Source: Patescibacteria group bacterium
Lineage (GTDB): Bacteria; Patescibacteriota; Microgenomatia; Levybacterales; UBA12049
Assembly: GCA_035510535.1 (NCBI GenBank)
Contig: DATKGY010000041.1
Span: 29,493-93,492 of the forward strand
DNA: 64,000 bases
Direction: 5' to 3'
How positions within the stretch are numbered: the stretch's first letter is position 1; each line of letters opens with the position of its first letter. Both the position numbers and the translations under genes were made by a program. Positions 19,947-29,715 of this stretch are shown here, piece after piece. The notes under the pieces are model-generated. The model saw only the letters and a list, made by a program, of their open reading frames with translations. It searched no databases and was not told the origin of the DNA.

Positions 19947-21565
19947 TAGTTTTAATTTTCGCATTCATTGCAGGCTTTGCGCTTTTGCATTCCGGGCTTC
20001 CTCCAACGCATGACGGGGAATACCATGTCATAAGATTTATAGAATTTGATAGGGCCTTAAGGGGCGGAAATTTATATCCGAGGTGGGCAGCCGATTTAAA
20101 TTACGGCTATGGTATTCCTTTGTTTAATTATGTCTATCCCTTACCGAATTATTTTTCTTCTTTTCTCCATTTTTTCGGAATAAGCTTTATTGACGCGTTT
20201 AAATTAAACATGTTTACCGCAATACTTTTGGCAGGTTTATTTTTCTATCTATGGACAAAGTCATTCTTTAACGAAAAGGGGGCGCTGGTGGGTTCTGTGT
20301 TCTATCTTTTTTCTCCCTATATGTTTGTCGATACTTACATAAGGGGTTCAGTCGGTGAAGTTTGGGCATTGGCACTTTTTCCGGCATTTTTGTGGGCGGT
20401 TATGGAGTTTATCTATAAGGACAAAAAGATATTCTTACCGGTTTCGGTTGTTTTTTTAGCGCTAATAATTTTTTCTCACAATATTTTAGCTTTAATGTTT
20501 TTTTCTTTTGCCTTTTTATATTCATTACTACTCGTTTATTTATCGAAAAACCCCAAAGCCAATTTTATAAAATGCTTATTTCTATTCGGGCTGGGTCTTG
20601 GTTTGTCGGCAATCTTCTGGCTTCCGGCAATTCTTGAAACAAAATACACAGTAGGTCTGCAAATATTTGATTATAAAAGCAACTTTGTTGATCTCTATCA
20701 ATTGATTGCTCCATCATGGGGATCCGGATTCTATGGAGGGGGACTAGCTAATCAAATGTCTGTTCAAATAGGAATCGCAAACCTTCTGGTGATATTCATA
20801 AGCATTGCAGTTTTTATTAATCTTTTTAGAAAAAAGGATTTCAGAGCAAAGCTTTTAGGATTTTTTCTCGCTTCATTATTTATTGTAATATTTTTGATGT
20901 TAAGGATGTCATTGCCAATATGGGAAAACTTTCCTTTGATGAATTATTTCCAGTTTCCATGGAGATTTTTAAGCCTAACAATTCTGTTTTGCTCGTTTTT
21001 GGCAGCAGGAATTTTTTCCGTAGTTAAACAAAAATTGTTCTTCATAGCAATGCTTTTTCTGCCCATCGTTCTTACTCTTGGCTACATACATCCTGCATAT
21101 TATATGGATAGGATGGATAGCTATTATGCGACAAGACCGAATTTTATTGACGGTACCAACAGTATCGGAAATTCCTTTAATACTCTTTGGTTTAATGCAA
21201 AATCAGTGAGAATTACCGCAAAAATAGAAGATAATAAAAATGTAGCTATAAATAAATCGGCTATTAAGCCCTCAAATTATAAATTTGAAATCATAGTTTC
21301 AAAACCATCAATTTTAACTTTAAATACAGCATACTTTCCCGGTTGGGAAGCGAAAATTGACGGTAAAGCAATTCTGCTTCAAAAAAATAGCGAGGGGCTT
21401 ATTGCGTTTTCCGTGCCTGAGGGAAAACATTCTCTGGAAGTTAATTTTGGCGATACTGCAATCAGATTAATTGCAACACTAATTTCGCTAATTTCGTTTG
21501 TGGCTCTAGTTACGCTATTGATAAAAACATGGTATATTAGAAACAAGCATGAAGATAGCAATTGA
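19919..21565 (+). CDS. GT-C-like polytopic membrane protein, family B paralog 3.
   Basis: 'LLHSGLPPTHDGEYHVIRF...RWAADLNYGYG'; C-terminal 'AYFPGWEAKIDG'. Confidence 0.6.
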   Translation: MAKIFKPILIVLIFAFIAGFALLHSGLPPTHDGEYHVIRFIEFDRALRGGNLYPRWAADLNYGYGIPLFNYVYPLPNYFSSFLHFFGISFIDAFKLNMFTAILLAGLFFYLWTKSFFNEKGALVGSVFYLFSPYMFVDTYIRGSVGEVWALALFPAFLWAVMEFIYKDKKIFLPVSVVFLALIIFSHNILALMFFSFAFLYSLLLVYLSKNPKANFIKCLFLFGLGLGLSAIFWLPAILETKYTVGLQIFDYKSNFVDLYQLIAPSWGSGFYGGGLANQMSVQIGIANLLVIFISIAVFINLFRKKDFRAKLLGFFLASLFIVIFLMLRMSLPIWENFPLMNYFQFPWRFLSLTILFCSFLAAGIFSVVKQKLFFIAMLFLPIVLTLGYIHPAYYMDRMDSYYATRPNFIDGTNSIGNSFNTLWFNAKSVRITAKIEDNKNVAINKSAIKPSNYKFEIIVSKPSILTLNTAYFPGWEAKIDGKAILLQKNSEGLIAFSVPEGKHSLEVNFGDTAIRLIATLISLISFVALVTLLIKTWYIRNKHEDSN

Positions 21566-22592
21566 TATTTCGCCGTTTCAAACTGGGCATAGGGTAAGAG
21601 GCGTCGGGTTTTACTTGGAGAATCTTAGAAATACTCTTCTGAAATATTTTCCCGACAACAACTATGTTTTTTTTCAAAGGGGCGAGAAGTTGCCAAAAGA
21701 TGTCCAGATAGTTCATTTTCCTTATTTTGAGCCATTTTTTTTAGCATTACCCATCTACAGAAAGTTTAAAACCGTCGTTACTGTTCATGATTTAACACCA
21801 ATAGTTTTTCCGGAGGCTTTTCCAAGAGGTATAAAAGGGGAAATTAAATGGCAGATGCAGAGATTTGCTTTAAAGCGGGCGGACGCCATCTTAACAGATT
21901 CAAAGTTTTCAAAAAAGGATATTCAGAAATATGTCGGAGTTCGGGAGAATAAAATTCACGTAGTTTATCTCGCCGCTGGTGAACAGTTCAAGCAATTAAA
22001 AACTGGGAATTGGGTCTCAGAAGTTAAGAAGCGATATGATTTGCCAGACAGGTTTTTACTATACGTTGGGGATGTGACGTGGAACAAGAATCTGCCGAGA
22101 TTAATAGACGCTGTCAAAAAGGTTAAAATACCATTAGTAATGGTTGGTAAAAGTTTAGTTTCCGAAGATTACGATAAAAATAATCCTTGGAACGCGGATC
22201 TAAACAGAGTAAATGAGTTGGCCAGTGGAGATAAAAACATCATTAGATTGGGCTTCGTTTCGCAGGAAGAATTAGTACAGCTTTACAATTTAGCAACGGT
22301 TTTTGTGATGTCTTCTCTGTATGAAGGTTTTGGCTTGCCAATTTTGGAAGCGATGGCTTGCGGCTGTCCGGTTATAACCAGTAAAGAGGGTTCAATCCCG
22401 GAAGTGGCCGGAAACTCCGCGTTTTATGTCGACGCTTACGATATGGGAAGTGTAGCGTCAGGAATTAGAAAAGTTTTTGACGATCAAAAATTGCAAGAAG
22501 AATTATCGAAAAAAGGTTTGGAAAGAGTAAAAAGTTTTTCCTGGAAAGAAGTGGCTCGTGAAACCTTAAGTGTCTACGAAAGCATCATCTGA
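21549..22592 (+). CDS. GT4 (GT-B fold) glycosyltransferase.
   Basis: 'EGFGLPILEAMACGCPVITS' E-X7-E region; N-terminal 'MKIAIDISPF'. Confidence 0.85.
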   Translation: MKIAIDISPFQTGHRVRGVGFYLENLRNTLLKYFPDNNYVFFQRGEKLPKDVQIVHFPYFEPFFLALPIYRKFKTVVTVHDLTPIVFPEAFPRGIKGEIKWQMQRFALKRADAILTDSKFSKKDIQKYVGVRENKIHVVYLAAGEQFKQLKTGNWVSEVKKRYDLPDRFLLYVGDVTWNKNLPRLIDAVKKVKIPLVMVGKSLVSEDYDKNNPWNADLNRVNELASGDKNIIRLGFVSQEELVQLYNLATVFVMSSLYEGFGLPILEAMACGCPVITSKEGSIPEVAGNSAFYVDAYDMGSVASGIRKVFDDQKLQEELSKKGLERVKSFSWKEVARETLSVYESII

Positions 22593-23914
22593 TGAAAGAT
22601 CTTTTTTTAAAAACTGGGAAAAAACTGATTAGTCACGAACTGATTAGCGGAAGTTTTTACGTTTTTATTGGAGGAATGATTGCTAATGGTTTTGCATTTC
22701 TTTTGAATCTCTTCTTAGCCAGAAGTCTTTCATATTCAGATTATGCTATTTTTGCCTCGCTATTATCCGTAATTACGCTAGCCTCTATTCCGGCGGGATC
22801 AATTAATACAGTCATTGTAAAATTCGCTACCAATCTTTTTGTAAAAAATGAAAATGATAGGCTAAAAACTCTATACATGTTATTTTTCAAATTCGTTTTG
22901 GGATTGTCTATATTTATTATATTCTTGTTTGCTATATTTTCTGTGCCGCTAATGAATTATCTTCATATGGATAATGTCTGGTATGTAATTATTACAGGAT
23001 TTGTAATCTCATCCTTCTATTTGAGCACATTAAATGGCGCTTTTCTACAAAGTTTACTTAAATTTAAGTTTATATCCCTTTTGAATATCTTAGGGAGCTC
23101 TATAAAATTAATTGTTGGTGTACTTTTAGTATTTTTAGGATATAGAGCCTTTGGAGGGCTAGGCGCTATATTTTCTATGACGTTCGGGATGTTTCTGATA
23201 GCTTACTTACCACTGGTAAAAATTCTTAAACAAAAATCTTCAAACAAAAGCATAGCTTTAAATACCAAGCAAATGCTTACTTACGCTGTCCCTACGTTTA
23301 TTACGGTTCTATTTCTGACCTCTTTTACCTCAATGGACGTAATATTAGTTAAGCATTTTTTTAATTCCCACGATGCTGGATTCTATGCTGGTCTTTCTCT
23401 AATCGGAAAAGTAATTTTCTACTTTACAGCTCCAATACCGATGGTAATGTTTCCCTTGTTGGTCAAGAGGCATGCAACGGGCGTAAATTTTAATAATTTA
23501 TTTTACCTTGCTCTTCTTTTGGTCGTACTTCCTTCAGTTGCTATTACCGCTTTTTATTTTGTTTTCCCAAATTTTGTCATAAATCTTTTTCTAGGAGGAA
23601 GAGAATATCTTTCTGTTGCAAAGTATCTTGGGATATTCGGCGTATATCTGACTGTTTTTAGTTTGGTTAACGTATGTGTCAGTTTTTTCCTCTCATTAAA
23701 TAAAACAAACGTATCAGCGCTAGTTGTTTTTGCGGCAATTACTCAAATAATTCTTATTTACATCTTCCACACCAATTTTTACCAAATAATAGGAGTCTCT
23801 ATGTTGATTTCAGTTTCACTTTTTATAGCATTGCTTTTTATATTCTTTAAAAATTACGGGAACACAAAGCATCTAAAGGAAACTATCACGTTTTTGAATA
23901 CCACAGGAGTTTAG
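22592..23914 (+). CDS. Oligosaccharide flippase (Wzx/MOP superfamily) membrane protein.
   Basis: 440 aa, about 12-14 TM helices; typical polysaccharide-biosynthesis-protein architecture and locus context. Confidence 0.6.
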   Translation: MKDLFLKTGKKLISHELISGSFYVFIGGMIANGFAFLLNLFLARSLSYSDYAIFASLLSVITLASIPAGSINTVIVKFATNLFVKNENDRLKTLYMLFFKFVLGLSIFIIFLFAIFSVPLMNYLHMDNVWYVIITGFVISSFYLSTLNGAFLQSLLKFKFISLLNILGSSIKLIVGVLLVFLGYRAFGGLGAIFSMTFGMFLIAYLPLVKILKQKSSNKSIALNTKQMLTYAVPTFITVLFLTSFTSMDVILVKHFFNSHDAGFYAGLSLIGKVIFYFTAPIPMVMFPLLVKRHATGVNFNNLFYLALLLVVLPSVAITAFYFVFPNFVINLFLGGREYLSVAKYLGIFGVYLTVFSLVNVCVSFFLSLNKTNVSALVVFAAITQIILIYIFHTNFYQIIGVSMLISVSLFIALLFIFFKNYGNTKHLKETITFLNTTGV

Positions 23915-23953
23915 TCTTGTGCTATACTTGTGCATAAGAATTCATAAATTCCA

Positions 23954-24703
23954 ATGGGAAGAGTAAAATTTTTATCACTCATAATCCCTGCTTTTAGACA
24001 AGAAAAAACGATTGCACAAGATTTAAAAAATCTTCAGAAAGCATTGTCGGTTTTACCTCTTAAGTATGAAATTATTGTCGTCGTGGATGGAGGTGGAGAT
24101 GGCACTTTCAGAAACGCGAAGAACGTAAGAGGTAAAGAAATCGTTGTAGTAGGATACGATAGAAATATCGGTAAGGGCTTTGCGATTAAGAATGGAGTAG
24201 AAAAAGCAAAAGGAGATGTAATTGGCTTTATCGATGCAGGCATGGATTTAGACCCAACGGAAATTTCAATAATGTTAGATATTATGAGTTGGAATAAGGC
24301 AGATATAGTTATCGGAAGCAAGCTTCATCCCGAATCAAAAGTTAGTTATCCTTGCTGGAGGAAAATATTATCTTGGGGATATAGAACCCTCACTCATTTA
24401 ATGTTTGGGTTTAGCGTAAGGGATACGCAAGTTGGTCTAAAAATCTTCAAGCGAAAAGTTGCTAAAGATGTGTTTCCTCATATAATCGTAAAGAGATTTG
24501 CTTTTGACGTAGAAGTTTTAGCTGTTGCCCAGAAATTAGGTTACACGAGGATTTACGAGGCGCCTGTAAAGCTTAACTTCAACGGAGCAAATGCTATTAC
24601 TTCCACGAGTTTTTGGAAAGTAATACTCTCCATGCTTTGGGATACCGTTGCTGTGTTTTACAGATTAAAAATTCTTCACTATTATGATAGAATAAAAAAA
24701 TAA
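23954..24703 (+). CDS. GT2 glycosyltransferase (DPM1-like).
   Basis: 'LSLIIPAFRQEKTI...IIVVVDGGGDGT', 'IDAGMD'. Confidence 0.8.
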   Translation: MGRVKFLSLIIPAFRQEKTIAQDLKNLQKALSVLPLKYEIIVVVDGGGDGTFRNAKNVRGKEIVVVGYDRNIGKGFAIKNGVEKAKGDVIGFIDAGMDLDPTEISIMLDIMSWNKADIVIGSKLHPESKVSYPCWRKILSWGYRTLTHLMFGFSVRDTQVGLKIFKRKVAKDVFPHIIVKRFAFDVEVLAVAQKLGYTRIYEAPVKLNFNGANAITSTSFWKVILSMLWDTVAVFYRLKILHYYDRIKK

Positions 24704-24705
24704 TT

Positions 24706-25740
24706 ATGAAAAAAAGCATTCTTATTATAGGTGGGGCAGGTTTTATAGGAATTAATTCCGCTGCTTACTATTTATCGAAAGGTTACGGAGTTATTATTTT
24801 TGACAATTTTTCAAGAAGGGGAAGTAAGAGTAATATAGCGTGGTTTAAGAAGGAGTATGGCATAAGGAGCATAAGAGTTATAAAAGGTGACGTAAGATAT
24901 GATTCAAGTAAACTTCAAAGATTAGTAAAAGGCGTAAATATCGTTCTCCATCTTGCAGCACAAGTAGCAGTAACGACATCAGTAGAAAATCCAAGAGAAG
25001 ATTTCGAAATTAACGCAGGTGGTACTTTCAATGTTCTTGAAGCTTTAAGAAAGTCAGGAAATAATCCGGTTTTAATCTACAGCTCTACGAACAAAGTTTA
25101 TGGAGGCTTAGAAGATCTAAAAATTGTCGAACAAAAAACAAGATATGCTTTTAAAAATTTACCTCTTGGGGTATCGGAAGCCAGAGCTACAGATTTTCAT
25201 TCTCCTTATGGTTGCAGCAAGGGAACAGCAGATCAATACGTAAGAGATTATTCAAGAATTTATGGACTTAATACAATCGTCTTTAGGCAATCCTGCATTT
25301 ATGGTCCACATCAATTCGGCATTGAGGACCAAGGTTGGGTCGCTTGGTTTATTATAGCTCTAACAAAGGGTAAAACAATTTCAATTTATGGCAACGGTAA
25401 ACAAGTACGAGATTTATTGTTCGTAGAAGATTTGGTTAGGGCTTATGATTTGGCGGCAAAAAATATAAAAATTACCAAAGGACAAATCTATAATGTTGGC
25501 GGAGGAGCAAAAAATACAATTTCCATATGGTTTGATTTTAAGCCAATTCTAGAAAAACTTTTTGGAAGAAAAATAGAACCTAAGTTTTCAGATTGGCGTC
25601 CAGGAGACCAGCCAATATATGTATCGGACATAAGAAAGGCTAAGAAAGATTTTGGATGGGAGCCTAAAATTAATGTTGAAACGGGAATAAAAAAACTTCA
25701 TGACTGGGTTTCTTCAAATAAGGAGTTATTCAACGTTTAA
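24706..25740 (+). CDS. Extended-SDR nucleotide-sugar epimerase, resembling CDP-paratose 2-epimerase (tyvelose epimerase).
   Basis: 'ILIIGGAGFIG', 'DNFSRRGS', 'SSTNKVYG', 'DFHSPYGCSKGTADQY', 'DQGWVAWF', 'GNGKQVRD'. These match motifs I recall from the RfbE/tyvelose epimerase family. Confidence 0.6.
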   Translation: MKKSILIIGGAGFIGINSAAYYLSKGYGVIIFDNFSRRGSKSNIAWFKKEYGIRSIRVIKGDVRYDSSKLQRLVKGVNIVLHLAAQVAVTTSVENPREDFEINAGGTFNVLEALRKSGNNPVLIYSSTNKVYGGLEDLKIVEQKTRYAFKNLPLGVSEARATDFHSPYGCSKGTADQYVRDYSRIYGLNTIVFRQSCIYGPHQFGIEDQGWVAWFIIALTKGKTISIYGNGKQVRDLLFVEDLVRAYDLAAKNIKITKGQIYNVGGGAKNTISIWFDFKPILEKLFGRKIEPKFSDWRPGDQPIYVSDIRKAKKDFGWEPKINVETGIKKLHDWVSSNKELFNV

Positions 25741-26849
25741 TGGAAATTCTTATTCTAAATTGGAAAGATGTCAAAAATCCTCAAGTTGGCGGAGCTGAAG
25801 TAATTGCGTTTGAATTTGCCAAACGTCTCGTAAAAGAAGGCCACGAGCTCACATTTTTTTCCAGATCTTTCCCTAATTGCCTAAAAGAAGAAATGATGGA
25901 CGGAGTTAAAATAATAAGGAAAGGAAATAGATTAAGCGTTTACCTGGAAGCTTTTATATATTATAGAAGTCTTAAAAAAAAGCCCGATAGAGTAATCGAC
26001 ATGATTAATACTATATGTTGGCAGACGCCTCTCTATGTGCCAAAAAAAAATAGATTTGCATACGTTAATCAATTAGCAAGAGAAGTTTTTTTCTTTGAAC
26101 TGCCAAAACCAATATCATATGTAGCTTATCTTTTAGAAAAAATCCAATACCTAACTTATAAAAATACTCACTTTTTATGCTATTCAAATAGTACGAGTAA
26201 GGACTTGCAAAAATTGGGGATTAGCGAAAGAAATATAAGCATATTTCCGATGGGACTTGATCATCAAAGATATAAAGCGGGCGGAGCAAAAACAAAATAC
26301 CCTTTATTTATATACGTAGGAAGACTGGTTAAGATGAAAAGGGTAGATTTATGCATAAGAGCCTTTAAGAATGTTTCCAAAAAATATAAACATGCAAAAA
26401 TGGCAATCATAGGAAATGGCTCCGATGAGAAAAGATTACTTGCCATAGAGGAAAAGCTTAAACTGTCTAAAAACGTCACTTTTGTAAATAAGAATAACTT
26501 CTTTCTTAAAAAAAATAGATTAGATGTAAAGATTAAAATGATGCAAAAAGCTTGGTGCCTACTTCTTCCTTCAGTTAAGGAAGGATGGGGAATGGTAGTC
26601 ACGGAAGCTGCTGCTTGTGGAACGCCGTCTATAGTTAGTGACGTAACAGGACTTAGAGATTCGGTAGTAAAGAATAAGACGGGATTAATTCTGTCAAAAG
26701 AACCATCGATAAAGGAACTTTCAGAATCAATGATTAGGATAGTTGAAGACAATAGCTTAAGGGATAAAATATCGAAAGAGGCCGTCTCTTGGGCTAAAAA
26801 ATTTAGCTGGGATAAAAGCTATAAGGAATTCAAAGAAATAATTACTTAA
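25740..26849 (+). CDS. GT4 glycosyltransferase.
   Basis: 'KEGWGMVVTEAAACGTPSIVSD'. Confidence 0.85.
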   Translation: MEILILNWKDVKNPQVGGAEVIAFEFAKRLVKEGHELTFFSRSFPNCLKEEMMDGVKIIRKGNRLSVYLEAFIYYRSLKKKPDRVIDMINTICWQTPLYVPKKNRFAYVNQLAREVFFFELPKPISYVAYLLEKIQYLTYKNTHFLCYSNSTSKDLQKLGISERNISIFPMGLDHQRYKAGGAKTKYPLFIYVGRLVKMKRVDLCIRAFKNVSKKYKHAKMAIIGNGSDEKRLLAIEEKLKLSKNVTFVNKNNFFLKKNRLDVKIKMMQKAWCLLLPSVKEGWGMVVTEAAACGTPSIVSDVTGLRDSVVKNKTGLILSKEPSIKELSESMIRIVEDNSLRDKISKEAVSWAKKFSWDKSYKEFKEIIT

Positions 26850-28178
26850 GTGATAAAAAATAAAAATGCTATTCTTAGTTTCAAATTTGTAAGCTTAGCA
26901 TTCGTGCTTATCCTAGGATTCTATCTAAGGTATGATAATCTTTACACTTGGCCGCGCCTTGGCGCAACATTTGACGAGTACGCGTGGACTTGGCTTGGAA
27001 TAAATTTAATTCAGAATCACGTTCCAATGTCTTGGTCCCGTCATCCACAGTATATTTATCGGCAGTCAATTGTTTATCAAAAAACCCCTTTTGTTATAGT
27101 CAAACCGTATCTTGAGCACCCACCGCTTTTTGGATTAGTAGTTGGTTCATTTGCCTTGATTAGTGGTGCGAAGGACATGTATCACGTTAACTTACAAAAT
27201 ATTCGGGGGTTAGCTCTAATATTAGGGGTTTTAAGTATTTTTATGGTTTATGTTTTGGCGGCGGAGGTCTATGGTTTTAGAATTGGCCTTTTGTCGTCAT
27301 TTTTATATGCAATTACGCCGACAATTGTTGTTGGTTCAAGAATTGTTGAAAACGAAAATTTCTTTATCCCATTTTTTCTGCTGGCATTATTTTTTATGTC
27401 TAAATTTATTAAAACAAAAAATCCCTGGTTTAGAAATATTGCGGCTGTGATTTGCGGACTATTAACTTTGGCGAAAGTCCCGTGGATTGCGGGAGCTTTG
27501 GCAATCGTATTAGTACTTTTCTATCTTAAGAAATATAAAGATTCGCTCAAATTTTTGGCAATTGTCTTGCCCATTTTTCTTATCTATTTTGCATACGGGT
27601 ATTATTGGGATTGGAATATATTCTTAGGACTTTGGGGGTTACAATTACAAAGGTTCGACATTACTTTTAATAGTTTTTTTGCTCTTTTTACTTCCCCTTA
27701 TTTGGTGGATAGGTTTATGGTTGACGGTTGGATATATTTTGGCTGGTTCGCGGTCTTTTTGCTTTTGGTTAAGGACATCAAGAAAAATATTTTCGTTATT
27801 TTACCGTTTTTAGCCTATCTCGCAGTTTTTATTTTCGTAATTCCTAACGAACCTTCTCATGGTTGGTACAGATATCCTTTTTATCCATTTTTGACAATTT
27901 CAACCGCGCTTTTCCTAAAAGAATATTTTAATAAGAATTACTTATTGACCTTTTTATTCTTAATATTTACCGGACTTTCAATGCTTCAGCTCAGCTGGGC
28001 TCAAAGTTTAGGATTTTCTTTTCTTGTTTTCAGATTCTTTTTGATTTTGTTTGGCATATCGGCGCTACCATTATTTATTCCTAAAACCAAAAAGCTTTCA
28101 TACTTTACCTCATACGTTTCTTTAGTTATAATCTTTTTCTTAAGCATGTGGTCAATCAAAAATTATAATGAGCAGTAA
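26850..28178 (+). CDS. Small GT39/PMT-like membrane glycosyltransferase, probably with a GTG start.
   Basis: 'LRYDNLYTWPRLGATFDEYAWTWLGINL' (DE motif); polytopic. Confidence 0.6.
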   Translation: MIKNKNAILSFKFVSLAFVLILGFYLRYDNLYTWPRLGATFDEYAWTWLGINLIQNHVPMSWSRHPQYIYRQSIVYQKTPFVIVKPYLEHPPLFGLVVGSFALISGAKDMYHVNLQNIRGLALILGVLSIFMVYVLAAEVYGFRIGLLSSFLYAITPTIVVGSRIVENENFFIPFFLLALFFMSKFIKTKNPWFRNIAAVICGLLTLAKVPWIAGALAIVLVLFYLKKYKDSLKFLAIVLPIFLIYFAYGYYWDWNIFLGLWGLQLQRFDITFNSFFALFTSPYLVDRFMVDGWIYFGWFAVFLLLVKDIKKNIFVILPFLAYLAVFIFVIPNEPSHGWYRYPFYPFLTISTALFLKEYFNKNYLLTFLFLIFTGLSMLQLSWAQSLGFSFLVFRFFLILFGISALPLFIPKTKKLSYFTSYVSLVIIFFLSMWSIKNYNEQ

Positions 28179-28184
28179 TGAAAT

Positions 28185-28877
28185 ATGAAATTTGATAAAT
28201 ATTATTTAAAGAATAAAACCTTTATAACTTTTACCGATATGAGAATAGGTAAAATTATAAAAATAATTATAGATATTTCTCCAAATAGTATTCTAGACGT
28301 TGGGTGTGGCTCGGGATACTTATTAACTAATTTACATAGCAAACTTTCATCCACCAAACTTTATGGAATAGATATCTATCCCAATAAAAAATTGAATAAG
28401 GAAATCATTTACAAACAAGCTGATATAACAGAAGGATTACCTTTTAAATCTAAAGTTTTCGAATGTGTTGTTCTAGGCGAAGTGATTGAGCACGTTCCCA
28501 ATCCGGATTTTCTATTAAGAGAGATAAATAGAGTTTTAAAAAAAGATGGGATATTAATAATATCTACTCCAAATCTTGTCTCCTGGGCAAATAGAGTATT
28601 AGTTTTATTAGGAGTTCAACCTTTATTTACCGAGACGAGTAACGAAGTAAACTTGGGAAGAAAACTCGCAATATTAGGACAGGGCGCGAAGGTTCAGGGA
28701 CACCTGAAGATTTTTACAAGCGATTCTCTGACGGAAATTCTAGAAAGGGAGAAATTTAAGATTATCAATAAACATGGAGTTACCTTTTTCTTTCCTTTCC
28801 CGATATCGCTATTGGATAAATTTTTTACAAAATTTATTACACTTTCATCTGGTTTACTATATGTTGTTAAAAAATAA
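28185..28877 (+). CDS. Class I SAM-dependent methyltransferase.
   Basis: 'ILDVGCGSGY' motif I; 'VVLGEVIEHV'. Confidence 0.8.
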   Translation: MKFDKYYLKNKTFITFTDMRIGKIIKIIIDISPNSILDVGCGSGYLLTNLHSKLSSTKLYGIDIYPNKKLNKEIIYKQADITEGLPFKSKVFECVVLGEVIEHVPNPDFLLREINRVLKKDGILIISTPNLVSWANRVLVLLGVQPLFTETSNEVNLGRKLAILGQGAKVQGHLKIFTSDSLTEILEREKFKIINKHGVTFFFPFPISLLDKFFTKFITLSSGLLYVVKK

Positions 28878-29715
28878 AAAATCTGCAAAAGTAGAAAATC
28901 TAGTATCTGTTATTATCCCGACAAAAAACTCCGAAAAAGTTTTAAGTAGGTGCTTACAAAGCATCAAAAATCAATCGTACAAAAATATAGAAATTATTAT
29001 TATTGATAATAATTCCATTGATAAAACAAAATTAATTGCCAGCAAATTTACAACTCAGGTTTTTAACAAAGGGCCCGAGCGAAGCGCGCAGAGGAACTTC
29101 GGAGTAAGTAAAGCCAAGGGTGAATACTTGTTGTTTATTGACAGCGATATGGTATTGTCAAGAAATGTTGTTGGAGACTGCGTACTTTTAAGTCAGAAGT
29201 CAGAAGTCAGAAGTCGGAAGCCAGGAGGAATTGTAATTCCTGAAGAATCTTTTGGAGAAGGGTTTTGGGCTAGTTGCAAAGCCCTTGAGAGAAGCTTTTA
29301 TCTTAAAGTGAAGTGGATAGAGGCTCCAAGATTTTTCTCCAAAAGTGTGTTTATGGAGCTCAAGGGTTTTGATGAAAAATTAATCAGTGGTGAAGATTGG
29401 GATTTAGGCCAAAAAGCAAAAGCAAAATACAAAGTTTTAAGAATAAGCAGTTTTATTAAACACGACGAAGGAAATCTCTCTCTTGTGCAATTACTTAAGA
29501 AAAAAATGTATTATGGCAAACAAATTACAAATTATTCTTCGAAAGAAGAAAACAATAAAGATTGGAAGAGACAATCGAGTATAGCTAAGAGATATGAACT
29601 ATTTTTTTCAAATCCTCAAAAATTATTCTCTAATCCCATGATCGGCATCGGAATGTTGTTTATGAAAACTTGCGAATTTGCAGTCGTGGGGCTAGGATAT
29701 CTCTTAAAAGAATGA
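28861..29715 (+). CDS. GT2 glycosyltransferase. The start is probably the internal ATG at 28861.
   Basis: 'VSVIIPTKNSEKVL...IIIIDNNSIDKT', 'IDSDM'; contains the in-frame heptamer repeat at 29191-29222. Confidence 0.75.
   Translation: MLLKNKKSAKVENLVSVIIPTKNSEKVLSRCLQSIKNQSYKNIEIIIIDNNSIDKTKLIASKFTTQVFNKGPERSAQRNFGVSKAKGEYLLFIDSDMVLSRNVVGDCVLLSQKSEVRSRKPGGIVIPEESFGEGFWASCKALERSFYLKVKWIEAPRFFSKSVFMELKGFDEKLISGEDWDLGQKAKAKYKVLRISSFIKHDEGNLSLVQLLKKKMYYGKQITNYSSKEENNKDWKRQSSIAKRYELFFSNPQKLFSNPMIGIGMLFMKTCEFAVVGLGYLLKE
29191..29222. repeat. (AGTCAGA)x3 (+1 degenerate) heptanucleotide tandem repeat inside the GT2 at 28861.
   Basis: agtcagaagtcagaagtcagaagtcggaagcc; encodes SQKSEVRSRKP. Confidence 0.9.
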
